Source: Vermiphilus sp.
Lineage (GTDB): Bacteria > Ratteibacteria > UBA8468 > B48-G9 > DTJG01
Length of the DNA: 42,578 nucleotides
Direction of reading: 5' to 3'
Assembly: GCA_020722805.1 (NCBI GenBank)
Contig: DYKA01000003.1
Coordinates: 1 to 42,578 of the forward strand
Shown here: piece after piece, positions 1 through 9,079 of the stretch
Numbering within the stretch: position 1 is the stretch's first letter
How the letters are laid out: each line of letters begins with the position of its first letter
Made by a program: the position numbers and the translations under genes
Notes under the pieces: model-generated
Database searches by the model: none
Told to the model about the DNA's origin: nothing
Seen by the model: only the letters and a program-made list of their open reading frames with translations

Positions 1-91
1 CTCTGTGCCTGGTAGTTAATCTTTGTGCCTCTGTGCCGTTGATAAGTATTAACTTTGTGCCTACCCATAACGGGGTCCAGTAAGGATTTAC
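1..91. mobile_element. Right end of a MITE-like element, truncated by the window edge, with CTYTGTGCC repeats
   Basis: The reverse complement of 69-91 (GTAAATCCTTACTGGACCCCGTT) matches 42362-42384 at 20/23. Four CTYTGTGCC units start at 1, 21, 29 and 53. Confidence 0.6.
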
Positions 92-208
92 CATAAAAAA
101 TAATTTTATCACATGCGGTCAGGGTTGCCTATATTCCATCGTGCAGATATCGCAAAAGCACAAGCATTTCAAAATCAAACATAAGGAATACCATTCCACA
201 TTCCTGAA

Positions 209-237
209 TTGACTTACTGCCGACTGTAAAATAGAAT
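209..237 (+). promoter_or_regulatory. Sigma70-type promoter for purB, likely giving a leaderless transcript
   Basis: TTGACT(209-214)-17 nt-TAGAAT(232-237), then 6 nt to ATG 244; no Shine-Dalgarno. Confidence 0.6.
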
Positions 238-243
238 ATAGGC

Positions 244-1533
244 ATGATTCCAAGATATACAAGAAAAGAGATGAGGCAGATATGGTCGGATGAAACAAAG
301 TTTTCAACATACCTTGAGGTGGAAATCGCTGTGCTTGAAGCATACGCAGAGCTCAAGATTGTTCCAGAGGATACGGTTGAAAGTATCCGCAGAAACGCAA
401 AAGTCAATGTAGCAAGAATTGAAGAAATTGAAAAAATAACAAATCATGATGTTATTGCCTTTGTTGAACAAATCGGTGAAACAATCGGTAATGCAAGCAG
501 GTATTTTCATTATGGATTGACTTCATCAGACCTCATAGATACTGCAACAAATCTTCTTTTAATCAGGGCAACCAATCTTTTGATTGACGACCTTGTGAGG
601 TTTTCTGAAACCCTTAAAAAGAAGGCAATTGAATACAGGGATACCCCGCAGATTGGAAGGACACACGGAGTTCACGCAGAACCGATTACCTTTGGTTTCA
701 AAATTGCCGGCTGGTATTGCGAGGTAAAAAGAGATATTGAAAGGTTGAAAACCGCACTTTCAGAAATTAGCGTGGGAAAAATTTCAGGTGCTGTCGGAAC
801 ATATTCAAACATATCCCCTGAGGTTGAAAAAATTGTATGCAAAAAACTCGGCTTGAAACCAGAGGTGTTCTCTACCCAGATTATTCCGAGAGATAGATAT
901 GCCTGCTATATGTCAACGCTCGGAGTGATTGCTTCCAGCCTTGAAAGGATTGCACTGCAAATAAGACTGCTCCAGCAAACAGAGATAAATGAGGTTGCAG
1001 AACCGTTTGGAAAGGGACAGAAAGGTTCTTCAGCAATGCCTCACAAGAGAAACCCGATTCTTTGTGAAAGGATCTGCGGGCTTGCAAGGATAATAAGAAA
1101 AAACGTTGCAGTCAGCATGGAAAATGTTGCAATGTGGCATGAAAGGGATATCAGCCATTCCTCTGCAGAAAGAATAATTTTCCCTGAAAGTACGATACTT
1201 CTTGACTATATGATAAATCTTATCACCGGAATAGTTGAAGGAATGGAAGTATTTCAGGATAGATTGAACGAAAACATCAATCTTACGCTCGGGCTTGTAT
1301 TTTCCCAGAAAGTTCTTCTGACACTGTGCGATAAGGGACTTTCAAGAAAAGATGCCTACGAAATTGTCCAGAGAAATGCTGCAAGAAGCAGGAAAGAAAA
1401 AATACACCTGATGAAACTTCTGACTTACGACAACGAAGTGAAAAAGTATCTCTCCGAGGACGAAATTAAGTCGTGCTTTGACACTGATTGGTATCTCAGA
1501 AATATCCATACTCTTTTTCAACAATTAACATGA
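244..1533 (+). CDS. purB: Adenylosuccinate lyase
   Basis: MIPRY start, HDVIAFV, HYGLTSSD, GRTHGVHAEP and the GSSAMPHKRNP fumarate-lyase signature. Confidence 0.97.
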   Translation: MIPRYTRKEMRQIWSDETKFSTYLEVEIAVLEAYAELKIVPEDTVESIRRNAKVNVARIEEIEKITNHDVIAFVEQIGETIGNASRYFHYGLTSSDLIDTATNLLLIRATNLLIDDLVRFSETLKKKAIEYRDTPQIGRTHGVHAEPITFGFKIAGWYCEVKRDIERLKTALSEISVGKISGAVGTYSNISPEVEKIVCKKLGLKPEVFSTQIIPRDRYACYMSTLGVIASSLERIALQIRLLQQTEINEVAEPFGKGQKGSSAMPHKRNPILCERICGLARIIRKNVAVSMENVAMWHERDISHSSAERIIFPESTILLDYMINLITGIVEGMEVFQDRLNENINLTLGLVFSQKVLLTLCDKGLSRKDAYEIVQRNAARSRKEKIHLMKLLTYDNEVKKYLSEDEIKSCFDTDWYLRNIHTLFQQLT

Positions 1534-2555
1534 CGGGCTCATTTCTATCACTTAAAAATGGTTATTCTCTTTTCCTGAAACATACTCTTTTCGGCCAGCC
1601 CATTGAAAAGTGCAACGTCAGTAATTTCCGACATCTGCAGGAAAATGGCTTCTGGACTAAATTCAGTACCGACGGTATTGCCGAAACCCATTATTTCAAA
1701 CTTTTCCAGTATCCGATGAAAAAATTCCCTGGATTGAGCGTCATAAAGGCATCGGCAAATGGTATTGAAATCAGTGATGAATACTCTTATTTTCTTGCTG
1801 ACTTCATGACAGTGGATGAGACCATTGTCGTGGAAAATGCAAACATCTCAGAGGAAGAAACCAGACTCCTTGCAGAAGAAATACTGAGGAGTTTTGATTA
1901 TTTCGAGTTTGCTGTCGTCGGAAAAGGCCAGATTCTTGCATGGTTTCCTGGCAGATATCCTGCCTTTGAATGGAGATTCCCCTTTCAGATGATTGGCCTT
2001 GATTATACTAACTACCTTCCTGGAGAAAGAACATTCAGAACCCTTGTCAGAATCGTCTCAAATTCATGGCGAATTCTTAAGGACCATCCAGTAAACAGGG
2101 TGCGTCTTGACCTGGGTGAAAATCCTGCGAATTTTCTGTGGTTTCACAGTCAGAACAGACGTGTTGAAAGGATTGAACCACTTGCTGAAAAAATCAAGAG
2201 ACCAACAATATTCTGGCCTGCTGTTTCCACGATTTCCGATTTTGCAAGGTATCTCGGATTTGAAATCAGGGAAGGTCTTCCAGAAAACCCTGTGGACAAT
2301 GCATTTTTCTGGACAGATATTGAACTCCAGCCAGAAGACACTGTGTGTTTGATCAAAAAATGGGAATCAATTGACAGTGAACTGATTCCATTAATCAAAA
2401 AAAATTCTAATAAGATTGTGATGGAATTTAACAGTGGTTTCTGTAATAACAGCAGGATAGTGTATTTATTGCATCCCGGCAGGAACAAGGGATTTCTTCA
2501 AAGAATATTGAAACCGAAAAGTATTCCTGCAAAATTTCTGTTTTCTGATGAATAA
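1530..2555 (+). CDS. Divergent ApgM-like (cofactor-independent phosphoglycerate mutase family) protein, probably non-catalytic
   Basis: ILKDHPVNRVRLDLGENPANFLWF resembles the ApgM HPVN...G..PAN.iW motif, but no metal-binding motifs are recognisable. ATG 1530 overlaps the purB TGA (ATGA), preferred over 1488. Confidence 0.6.
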   Translation: MTGSFLSLKNGYSLFLKHTLFGQPIEKCNVSNFRHLQENGFWTKFSTDGIAETHYFKLFQYPMKKFPGLSVIKASANGIEISDEYSYFLADFMTVDETIVVENANISEEETRLLAEEILRSFDYFEFAVVGKGQILAWFPGRYPAFEWRFPFQMIGLDYTNYLPGERTFRTLVRIVSNSWRILKDHPVNRVRLDLGENPANFLWFHSQNRRVERIEPLAEKIKRPTIFWPAVSTISDFARYLGFEIREGLPENPVDNAFFWTDIELQPEDTVCLIKKWESIDSELIPLIKKNSNKIVMEFNSGFCNNSRIVYLLHPGRNKGFLQRILKPKSIPAKFLFSDE

Positions 2556-3063
2556 CATTTTTGTCGGACTCGGCAGCAATCTCGGGAACAGAAAGGAAAA
2601 CATAAAAAAAGCCATTGAAAAAATGTCCGAGTGTATTCAGATCCTAAATGTTTCCAGACTTTATAGAACCAAACCACAGGAAAACGTTCAGGGAGGATGG
2701 TTCCTAAATGGCGTTCTTCACGGAAGGACATCACTGACACCGATTGAACTGCTCAGATTTCTTCAATCAATTGAAAATCAACTCGGCAGGCCAGGAAATC
2801 ATAAAAAGAACACTGCAAGAACCATTGACCTTGATATACTTTTTTTTGGTAAAAAGATCATCAAGAATAAATTTCTGAGAATTCCTCATCCGAAAATCGC
2901 GGAGAGAAGTTTTGTTCTTGATGGCCTTTCAGAAATAGCGAGCGGATTCGTGCATCCTGAAACAAAGAAAACTGTAAGTCAAATGCTGAAGGAGTACAGG
3001 GATGGAAATATTAAAAACAAAAAGAGAAATTCGTGCAGTCGTGAAAAAAGCAAAAGAATCTAA
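2548..3063 (+). CDS. folK: 2-amino-4-hydroxy-6-hydroxymethyldihydropteridine diphosphokinase
   Basis: GLGSNLGNR, FLNGV, RTIDLDILFF, IPHP and ERSFVL motifs. Confidence 0.95.
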   Translation: MNNIFVGLGSNLGNRKENIKKAIEKMSECIQILNVSRLYRTKPQENVQGGWFLNGVLHGRTSLTPIELLRFLQSIENQLGRPGNHKKNTARTIDLDILFFGKKIIKNKFLRIPHPKIAERSFVLDGLSEIASGFVHPETKKTVSQMLKEYRDGNIKNKKRNSCSREKSKRI

Positions 3064-3844
3064 AAGGAGAATCGGGTTTGTGCCAACAATGGGATATCTT
3101 CACAAAGGGCATCTGGCACTGATCCAGAATTCAATGGAGGACGGATGCTTCACAGTGGTCTCAATCTTTGTAAATCCACTCCAGTTCGGTCCTTCAGAAG
3201 ATTTCCAGAGATATCCAAGGGATATTGAAAGAGACATTTCAATCCTGGAAAAAGCAAAGGTTGATGCTGTTTTCTTACCTTCTGATGATGAGATGTATCC
3301 AGCAGGGCATCTTACGGTTGTTTCTGTTCCAAATCTCTCCGGAAAATTTGAGGGTGCAATAAGACCAGGCCATTTTACCGGAGTGTGCACCATCGTGGCA
3401 AAATTGTTTAATATTGTGCAGCCACACAGAGCATATTTCGGCTGGAAAGATGCGCAACAACTTGTGGTTATAAGGAGAATGGTTAAAGACCTTGATTTTG
3501 ATATCTCGGTCATTGGAGTACAAACAGTCAGAGAACCAGACGGACTTGCGGCAAGTTCAAGAAACGTGTATCTCTCTGAAGACCAGAGACGCCGAGCACT
3601 TGTGTTATCACGGGCTTTACAGGAAATAAGACAGATGGTAGAATACAATAAGATTATAGATGCAGAAGTTCTTATATCCAGGGGCAGAGAAATCATTAAA
3701 TCAGAACAGGTTGAACTGCAATATCTGGAAGCAGTGGAACTTGAAAATTTTGAGATAATCAAAAACATCAGGAAAAATACCGGTATTATCGGCGCCATAA
3801 AGGTGGATAAGGTTAGATTGATAGATAACATAATATGGGACTAA
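3002..3844 (+). CDS. panC: Pantoate--beta-alanine ligase
   Basis: GFVPTMGYLHKGH, SIFVNPLQF, RPGHFTGV, FGWKDAQQ, SSRN and RLIDN motifs. Confidence 0.97.
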   Translation: MEILKTKREIRAVVKKAKESKRRIGFVPTMGYLHKGHLALIQNSMEDGCFTVVSIFVNPLQFGPSEDFQRYPRDIERDISILEKAKVDAVFLPSDDEMYPAGHLTVVSVPNLSGKFEGAIRPGHFTGVCTIVAKLFNIVQPHRAYFGWKDAQQLVVIRRMVKDLDFDISVIGVQTVREPDGLAASSRNVYLSEDQRRRALVLSRALQEIRQMVEYNKIIDAEVLISRGREIIKSEQVELQYLEAVELENFEIIKNIRKNTGIIGAIKVDKVRLIDNIIWD

Positions 3845-3845
3845 A

Positions 3846-4205
3846 ATGCTTTACCCTGTTTGCAGAGCAAAGATTAAAGGAGGAAAGGTAACAGGCAAGA
3901 ATCTCTATTATGACGGCAGCATTACAATTTCTTCAGAAATACTTGAAGCAGCCGGAATAGTTGCAGGCGACATTGTGGATGTTCTGAACCTTAGCAACGG
4001 CGCAAGGATAACAACATACGTCATAGTGGAGAACAAAAAGAAATGCGAGATATTCCTCAATGGTCCCGCGGCAAGATTTTTTGAAATAGGAGACCAGGTG
4101 ATCATTCTCAACATCTCTCTTGCGACAGAGCAGGAAAGAAACAAAACAAAAATGAAGGTGGTTTCACTATCTGAAAAAAATCAGATAGTAAAAGTGGAGG
4201 GTTGA
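3846..4205 (+). CDS. panD: Aspartate 1-decarboxylase proenzyme
   Basis: YDG|SITI self-cleavage site, NGARITTYVI and NGPAAR; adjacent to panC. Confidence 0.93.
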   Translation: MLYPVCRAKIKGGKVTGKNLYYDGSITISSEILEAAGIVAGDIVDVLNLSNGARITTYVIVENKKKCEIFLNGPAARFFEIGDQVIILNISLATEQERNKTKMKVVSLSEKNQIVKVEG

Positions 4206-4206
4206 T

Positions 4207-5619
4207 ATGGCAAGTATAAGTAATAATATAAAAAAGTACAGTGCAAGACAGGCTCTCTCTGGTGTATTGAAAATTCTACCCCACCTTTCAGACCAAAATG
4301 TGATTCGCATCCTGTCCATTGCTGAAAAGGTATCCGCGAATCCCGCCTTCAAAGAAAGGGTTCTTGTCATTGAAGAAAAAATACGACAAAAACATCCTGC
4401 ACTTGAAGTGATAAGGCGCCTTAACGGGCAACTTTCCCAGATTCCAAAGAAAAAACTCATAATGAATCTCTTTTCAAATGCAATGTTTGACGGGACAAAG
4501 AAAAGACAGGAAATTCTGGAAAAAGAAGGATGGAGACCTCCATTTTTCTTTGTATTGAGTCCAACAATGAGATGCAACCTTAAGTGCACTGGATGTTATG
4601 CTGCCCAGTATACGAAGCAGGATGTCATTACAACAAAACAGATTGACAAAATCTTCACGGAAGCAAAGAAACTTGGTATTTACTTTGTGACAATAAGCGG
4701 TGGAGAACCCTTTTACAGGGAAGACCTTCTGGAATTATGGAAGAAACATAATGATATGTTTTTCCTTGTTTATACAAACGGGACTCTCATTGACGAAAAG
4801 ATGGCAGAAAAACTGCGCGACTTAGGTAATGTGGCCCCTGCCATCAGCGTTGAAGGTTTCAAGGAAGAAACAGAAAGAAGAAGAGGACCCGGGGTTTATG
4901 AGAAAATCCTCAATGCATGGAAGCATCTCAAAGAAAATGGAGTGCTTTTTGGATTTTCTGCAACCTGCACAAAACATAATGCAGAGGTAATTTACAGTGA
5001 TGAATTCATTGATTTTATGATAGAGCAGGGTGCTTTGTTTGGCTGGTATTTTCAATATATTCCCATCGGTAGAAAACCGGATACTACCCTTATGGCAACC
5101 CCAGAACAAAGAGCATGGGCCCGCGAGCGACTTGAACACATAAGAAACACACGAGCAATAATACTTGCTGATTTCTGGAATGACGGGCATCTTGCCGGTG
5201 GATGCATAGCAGGAGGAAGGGTTTACTTTCACATTAATTCACACGGCGACATTGAACCCTGTGTTTTTACACATTTTACAAAAGACAATATTAAAAATAC
5301 AACAATCAGACAGGCACTCCAGAGCGACCTTTTCAAGGCGATTCAAAAACGTCAGCCATATTCAAAAAATTTAATGTGTCCGTGTATGATTATTGACAAT
5401 CCGCAGGTTTTGAGGGAAGTCGTTTCTGAGACAGGTGCCAAACCATCGTATCCAGGTGCAGAATCAATCATAACTGAAAGCGCACAATTCCTTGACGAGT
5501 ATTCAAAAACAATACACCACCTGTGGGACCCTGTCTGGAAGGAAAAATACAAGGAAGGCAGGGTACTGAAAGGAATTGATTCTGAGGTGGCGTCAAGAAT
5601 TTTTGACCAGGAACAATAA
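4207..5619 (+). CDS. Radical SAM protein with SPASM/twitch-type C-terminal domain
   Basis: CNLKCTGC, SGGEP, YTNGT, GCIAGGRVYFHINSHGDIEPCVF and CPCMIIDNP motifs. Confidence 0.9.
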   Translation: MASISNNIKKYSARQALSGVLKILPHLSDQNVIRILSIAEKVSANPAFKERVLVIEEKIRQKHPALEVIRRLNGQLSQIPKKKLIMNLFSNAMFDGTKKRQEILEKEGWRPPFFFVLSPTMRCNLKCTGCYAAQYTKQDVITTKQIDKIFTEAKKLGIYFVTISGGEPFYREDLLELWKKHNDMFFLVYTNGTLIDEKMAEKLRDLGNVAPAISVEGFKEETERRRGPGVYEKILNAWKHLKENGVLFGFSATCTKHNAEVIYSDEFIDFMIEQGALFGWYFQYIPIGRKPDTTLMATPEQRAWARERLEHIRNTRAIILADFWNDGHLAGGCIAGGRVYFHINSHGDIEPCVFTHFTKDNIKNTTIRQALQSDLFKAIQKRQPYSKNLMCPCMIIDNPQVLREVVSETGAKPSYPGAESIITESAQFLDEYSKTIHHLWDPVWKEKYKEGRVLKGIDSEVASRIFDQEQ

Positions 5620-5641
5620 CACTTTTTGAAGAGCCATCAGG

Positions 5642-6319
5642 ATGAAAATCTCTGGCCAGGTCATAGAAAAAATTAACAGAACACAGCGTGTGATAAGTAT
5701 TAGAATTGAAAATTCAGATGTAAAATTCAAAGCAGGACAGTTCTTCAAACTTTACTCAAATAACGAATTCAGATATCTTTCTGTTTCCTGTTCACCAAAA
5801 AGAAATTATCTTGAATTCACAAAAAGAATAACAGAGAGCGAATTTTCATCGTGGTTCAAATCTCTGGAAATCGGTCATCGGATTATCGCTGAGGGCCCTT
5901 ACGGAAAATTTGTGATGGAGGAGGAAAACAAAATCCTTTTTATAGCGGGTGGTATGGGAATTACGCCTATATTAGGTTTGATTGATGATGCCTTTTTAAC
6001 ATCCAGCAAGAAAGATTTTGTGCTATTCTACGGGAACAGGTCGTGCGATGATATTCCCTTTTACGATGAGCTGAATCATTATTCAGGATCAATCAAACTG
6101 AAACTTTTCATTTTTACAGAGGAAAAAAAGGAAGGGTTCTATTACGGTCTCATAGATCTCAAAAAAATATTTGAACTTTTGCCAGATGCAACTGAAAGAA
6201 CTGCTTTTGTCTGTGGTCCACCGGGAATGGTTGAAACAATAACCAAACAGATAAGAAAATCTAATTTTACAGATGGATTGAAAACAGAAAAGATTATCGG
6301 CTATCAGGAGGAAATATGA
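5642..6319 (+). CDS. FAD/NAD(P)-binding oxidoreductase, ferredoxin-NADP reductase (FNR)-like
   Basis: [33 protein letters not shown] and VCGPPGM motifs. Confidence 0.88.
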   Translation: MKISGQVIEKINRTQRVISIRIENSDVKFKAGQFFKLYSNNEFRYLSVSCSPKRNYLEFTKRITESEFSSWFKSLEIGHRIIAEGPYGKFVMEEENKILFIAGGMGITPILGLIDDAFLTSSKKDFVLFYGNRSCDDIPFYDELNHYSGSIKLKLFIFTEEKKEGFYYGLIDLKKIFELLPDATERTAFVCGPPGMVETITKQIRKSNFTDGLKTEKIIGYQEEI

Positions 6320-6474
6320 AATATGTTTGCAAGGTATGTGGATATGTGTATGACCCTGAAAAAGGAGACGATACTCAAAACATCCCGGCTGGAACTGATT
6401 TTGAGAACCTGCCCGAATCATGGATATGTCCAGAATGCGGTGCGGGAAAGGACGAATTTGAACCTCTATCATAG
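6316..6474 (+). CDS. Rubredoxin (52 aa; not in the ORF track)
   Basis: Read by hand as [52 protein letters not shown], with two CxxCG motifs. AGGAGG SD upstream and ATGA overlap with the upstream gene. Confidence 0.97.
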   Translation: MKYVCKVCGYVYDPEKGDDTQNIPAGTDFENLPESWICPECGAGKDEFEPLS

Positions 6475-6488
6475 GAGGAGGAACTAAA

Positions 6489-7655
6489 ATGGAAATACTG
6501 AACGGGGTTTTTTCTGTTGGTGCCGTTGACTGGGACCTGAAAACATTTCATGGATATTCAACACCCTATGGAACAACATACAATTCATACCTGATCACAG
6601 GTGAAAAGAATATATTGATTGACACTGTAAAAGAGTATTGTGCAGATGAGTTTTTCGGCAAAATCTCAAGGGTGTTCCCTGTTGACAGAATAGATTATGT
6701 CATATGCAACCACGCCGAAAAGGACCACTCCGGACTTGTCAACCATATTTTGACAAAATCAAATGCAGTGCTCATCTGTTCCCCAAAATGCAGGGATAAC
6801 CTTCAAAAACATTTTCATACTGACTATCCAAAAGTAATTACAGTTGAAAATGGACAGCATCTACAGATCGGAAACCACACATTCAGGTTTTTCCATATGC
6901 CAATGGTTCACTGGCCAGAATCAATGGCAACGTATCTTGTGGAGAAAAAAATCCTGTTCCCAAATGATGCCTTCGGACAGCACTTTGCTGATTCAAAACT
7001 GTTCGTTGACCAGGTGGGTATTGAAATCATTCTGAGAGAGGCGCAAAAATACTACGCCAACATTGTAAATCCCTACGGAAATTCAGTCCAAAAAGTGCTC
7101 ACAGCGCTTAAGGACCTGCCGGTGGAAATAATCGCACCATCACATGGAATGATATGGAGAAGGAAACAGGATATTGAAAGAATCATTGAAAAATACTCAA
7201 CCTGGGCGGCAAATAAACCAGGAGAAGGAATTGTCATCGTGTATGAAACAATGTGGGGTTCCACAAAGAAAATGGCTGAAAGATGCTTTGTGGAAGCAGT
7301 TGAGAAAAATTATTCAGTAAAAATGTTTAATCTTGAAGTGAGAGATATTTCTGATGTTGTGGCAGAAATACCGGATACAAAAACATTGCTGTTTGGGTCC
7401 TCAATACTGCATGGCCAGATTCTTCCTCGTATGGCAGGACTTCTGACATACCTTACTGGACTGAGATTCAACAACAGGAAAGCCTGGACATTTGGTTCAT
7501 ACGGATGGGCAAAACAATCATTTGAAAAGTTTGAGACATCAGTCAAAAATGCTGGTTTTGATCTTCCACAGCCCGGCTATTATGTGCAGTTTGTACCAGA
7601 CGAAAATACCCTTGCAGGACTCGCTAAAACCTTTTCGGAGAAGATTCTGGTTTGA
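6489..7655 (+). CDS. fprA: Flavodiiron protein (FprA/A-type flavoprotein, O2/NO reductase)
   Basis: GTTYNSYLI, HAEKDH, HWPES, DAFGQH and PSHG, plus a flavodoxin domain (TMWGSTKKMA, FGSYGW). Confidence 0.93.
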   Translation: MEILNGVFSVGAVDWDLKTFHGYSTPYGTTYNSYLITGEKNILIDTVKEYCADEFFGKISRVFPVDRIDYVICNHAEKDHSGLVNHILTKSNAVLICSPKCRDNLQKHFHTDYPKVITVENGQHLQIGNHTFRFFHMPMVHWPESMATYLVEKKILFPNDAFGQHFADSKLFVDQVGIEIILREAQKYYANIVNPYGNSVQKVLTALKDLPVEIIAPSHGMIWRRKQDIERIIEKYSTWAANKPGEGIVIVYETMWGSTKKMAERCFVEAVEKNYSVKMFNLEVRDISDVVAEIPDTKTLLFGSSILHGQILPRMAGLLTYLTGLRFNNRKAWTFGSYGWAKQSFEKFETSVKNAGFDLPQPGYYVQFVPDENTLAGLAKTFSEKILV

Positions 7656-9079
7656 AAAGAAAGTCCTCATTCATTTTTCTTGTTCTTGCTTGTGGTCTTC
7701 TGCCTTGCTTCAGTTTTCCACCGTTTAAAATCTGGATTCTCGGATGGTTCGGGCTTGTGCCCCTTTTATTTCTATTTGAAGAAAAACACACTGTCCGGAA
7801 TTTTTTCACGGGATTGCTTGCCGGTTTTGTTTTTCATGCGTTTTTGCTGAACTGGATTTTTTCTGTGGCCGGATTTTTTTACCTGCTTCTGGCTTTCTAT
7901 CTGGCGATAAACTGGGCGATATTTTTCTCTCTTGTTTTTGCTCTGCCTGAAAAAACAATCGTTCCCGTATCAGCATGCCTCTGGTATTTTCTTGAGATTC
8001 TCAGAAGATTTGTATTAACTGGTTTTCCATGGCTGCCTTTTTCACTTTCACAGTGGAATAATCCAGCAATTGCAGGAACTGTTTCAATCTACGGCTCTGC
8101 CGGGTTATCCTGTTTGATTGTTGCATTCAACATTTCATTTTACAGGTTTCTTCGCCGCAGGGGAACCATTAGCATACCTGTAATTCTCATTATCATGATT
8201 GTTTCTTATGCTGTTTCAACAATTTTTGCAGAATACAGAGGAAAAACAAATTTTGTTAGTGTGGCAGCAATTCAGGGGAATACAGGATATTTTGGTCAGG
8301 CTCCGGAAGAATCATTTGAAAAATACAGGAAACTTACTGATTCAATCAGATGGAATCCTGAAATTGTGGTGTGGCCAGAAAGCAGTTATCCCTCAATCAT
8401 TGATTGGAATGGCAGCGTAATTAAATATCTGAAAAGAAAATCCTTTGACTTTCCGGTTCTTGTCGGAACGATGAGCGAGGAAAATGGCAATATTTATAAC
8501 AGCGCCTGTCTTTTCAATAAGGGCAAGATTTTCAGATATCACAAGACACACCTTGTTCCTTTTGGCGAATATGTTCCGGCAAGGCATCTATCCTTGATAA
8601 GAAAAATATATCTCAGATTTGCTGGTGGAATGCCTGAAATAAAACCTGGCTCTGTCATCAAAACATTTGAAATTAATGATAAAAACTTTTCAGCACTTAT
8701 CTGTTTTGAAAATATATTTCCCGAAATTACAGCGGAATCTGCAAGAAACCAATCTGAATTTTTTGTTGTTATCACAAATGATTCATGGTATGGAAATTCC
8801 TTTGGTCCGTATCAGCATTTTGCTCATAATATTTTTCGGGCGTGCGAAACAGGAAGATATGTTATTCAGGTATCAACAACGGGTTTAACAGGCATTGTAT
8901 CAAATTCAGGAAGATTCAATGTTTTTCAAAAAAATGGAAAAGAACTCTTTGTTGATGGTATTATGAATATCAGGATGCAGAAAACCAATGATGTGAGAAC
9001 AATTTACACGGCACTCGGTGAAATCGGCATCTCAATGATATTTTTGATTATTACGGGGGTTTGTCTATGCAGAGATTAA
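7652..9079 (+). CDS. lnt: Apolipoprotein N-acyltransferase
   Basis: N-terminal TM helices, GFPW, and the E-K-C triad in WPES, YHKTHLVPFGEYVP and LICFE; TNDSWY. Confidence 0.93.
   Translation: MKRKSSFIFLVLACGLLPCFSFPPFKIWILGWFGLVPLLFLFEEKHTVRNFFTGLLAGFVFHAFLLNWIFSVAGFFYLLLAFYLAINWAIFFSLVFALPEKTIVPVSACLWYFLEILRRFVLTGFPWLPFSLSQWNNPAIAGTVSIYGSAGLSCLIVAFNISFYRFLRRRGTISIPVILIIMIVSYAVSTIFAEYRGKTNFVSVAAIQGNTGYFGQAPEESFEKYRKLTDSIRWNPEIVVWPESSYPSIIDWNGSVIKYLKRKSFDFPVLVGTMSEENGNIYNSACLFNKGKIFRYHKTHLVPFGEYVPARHLSLIRKIYLRFAGGMPEIKPGSVIKTFEINDKNFSALICFENIFPEITAESARNQSEFFVVITNDSWYGNSFGPYQHFAHNIFRACETGRYVIQVSTTGLTGIVSNSGRFNVFQKNGKELFVDGIMNIRMQKTNDVRTIYTALGEIGISMIFLIITGVCLCRD

Noticed and set aside
1-62. CTYTGTGCC repeats as a CRISPR array
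   Set aside because: The units are 8-9 bp with irregular short gaps, and there are no cas genes.
119-407. Minus-strand ORFs 119-343 and 129-407
   Set aside because: They are antisense to purB and its promoter and show no recognisable motifs.
3100-3831. 243-aa minus-strand ORF
   Set aside because: It is an antisense shadow of panC, Ser/Ile-rich and without motifs.
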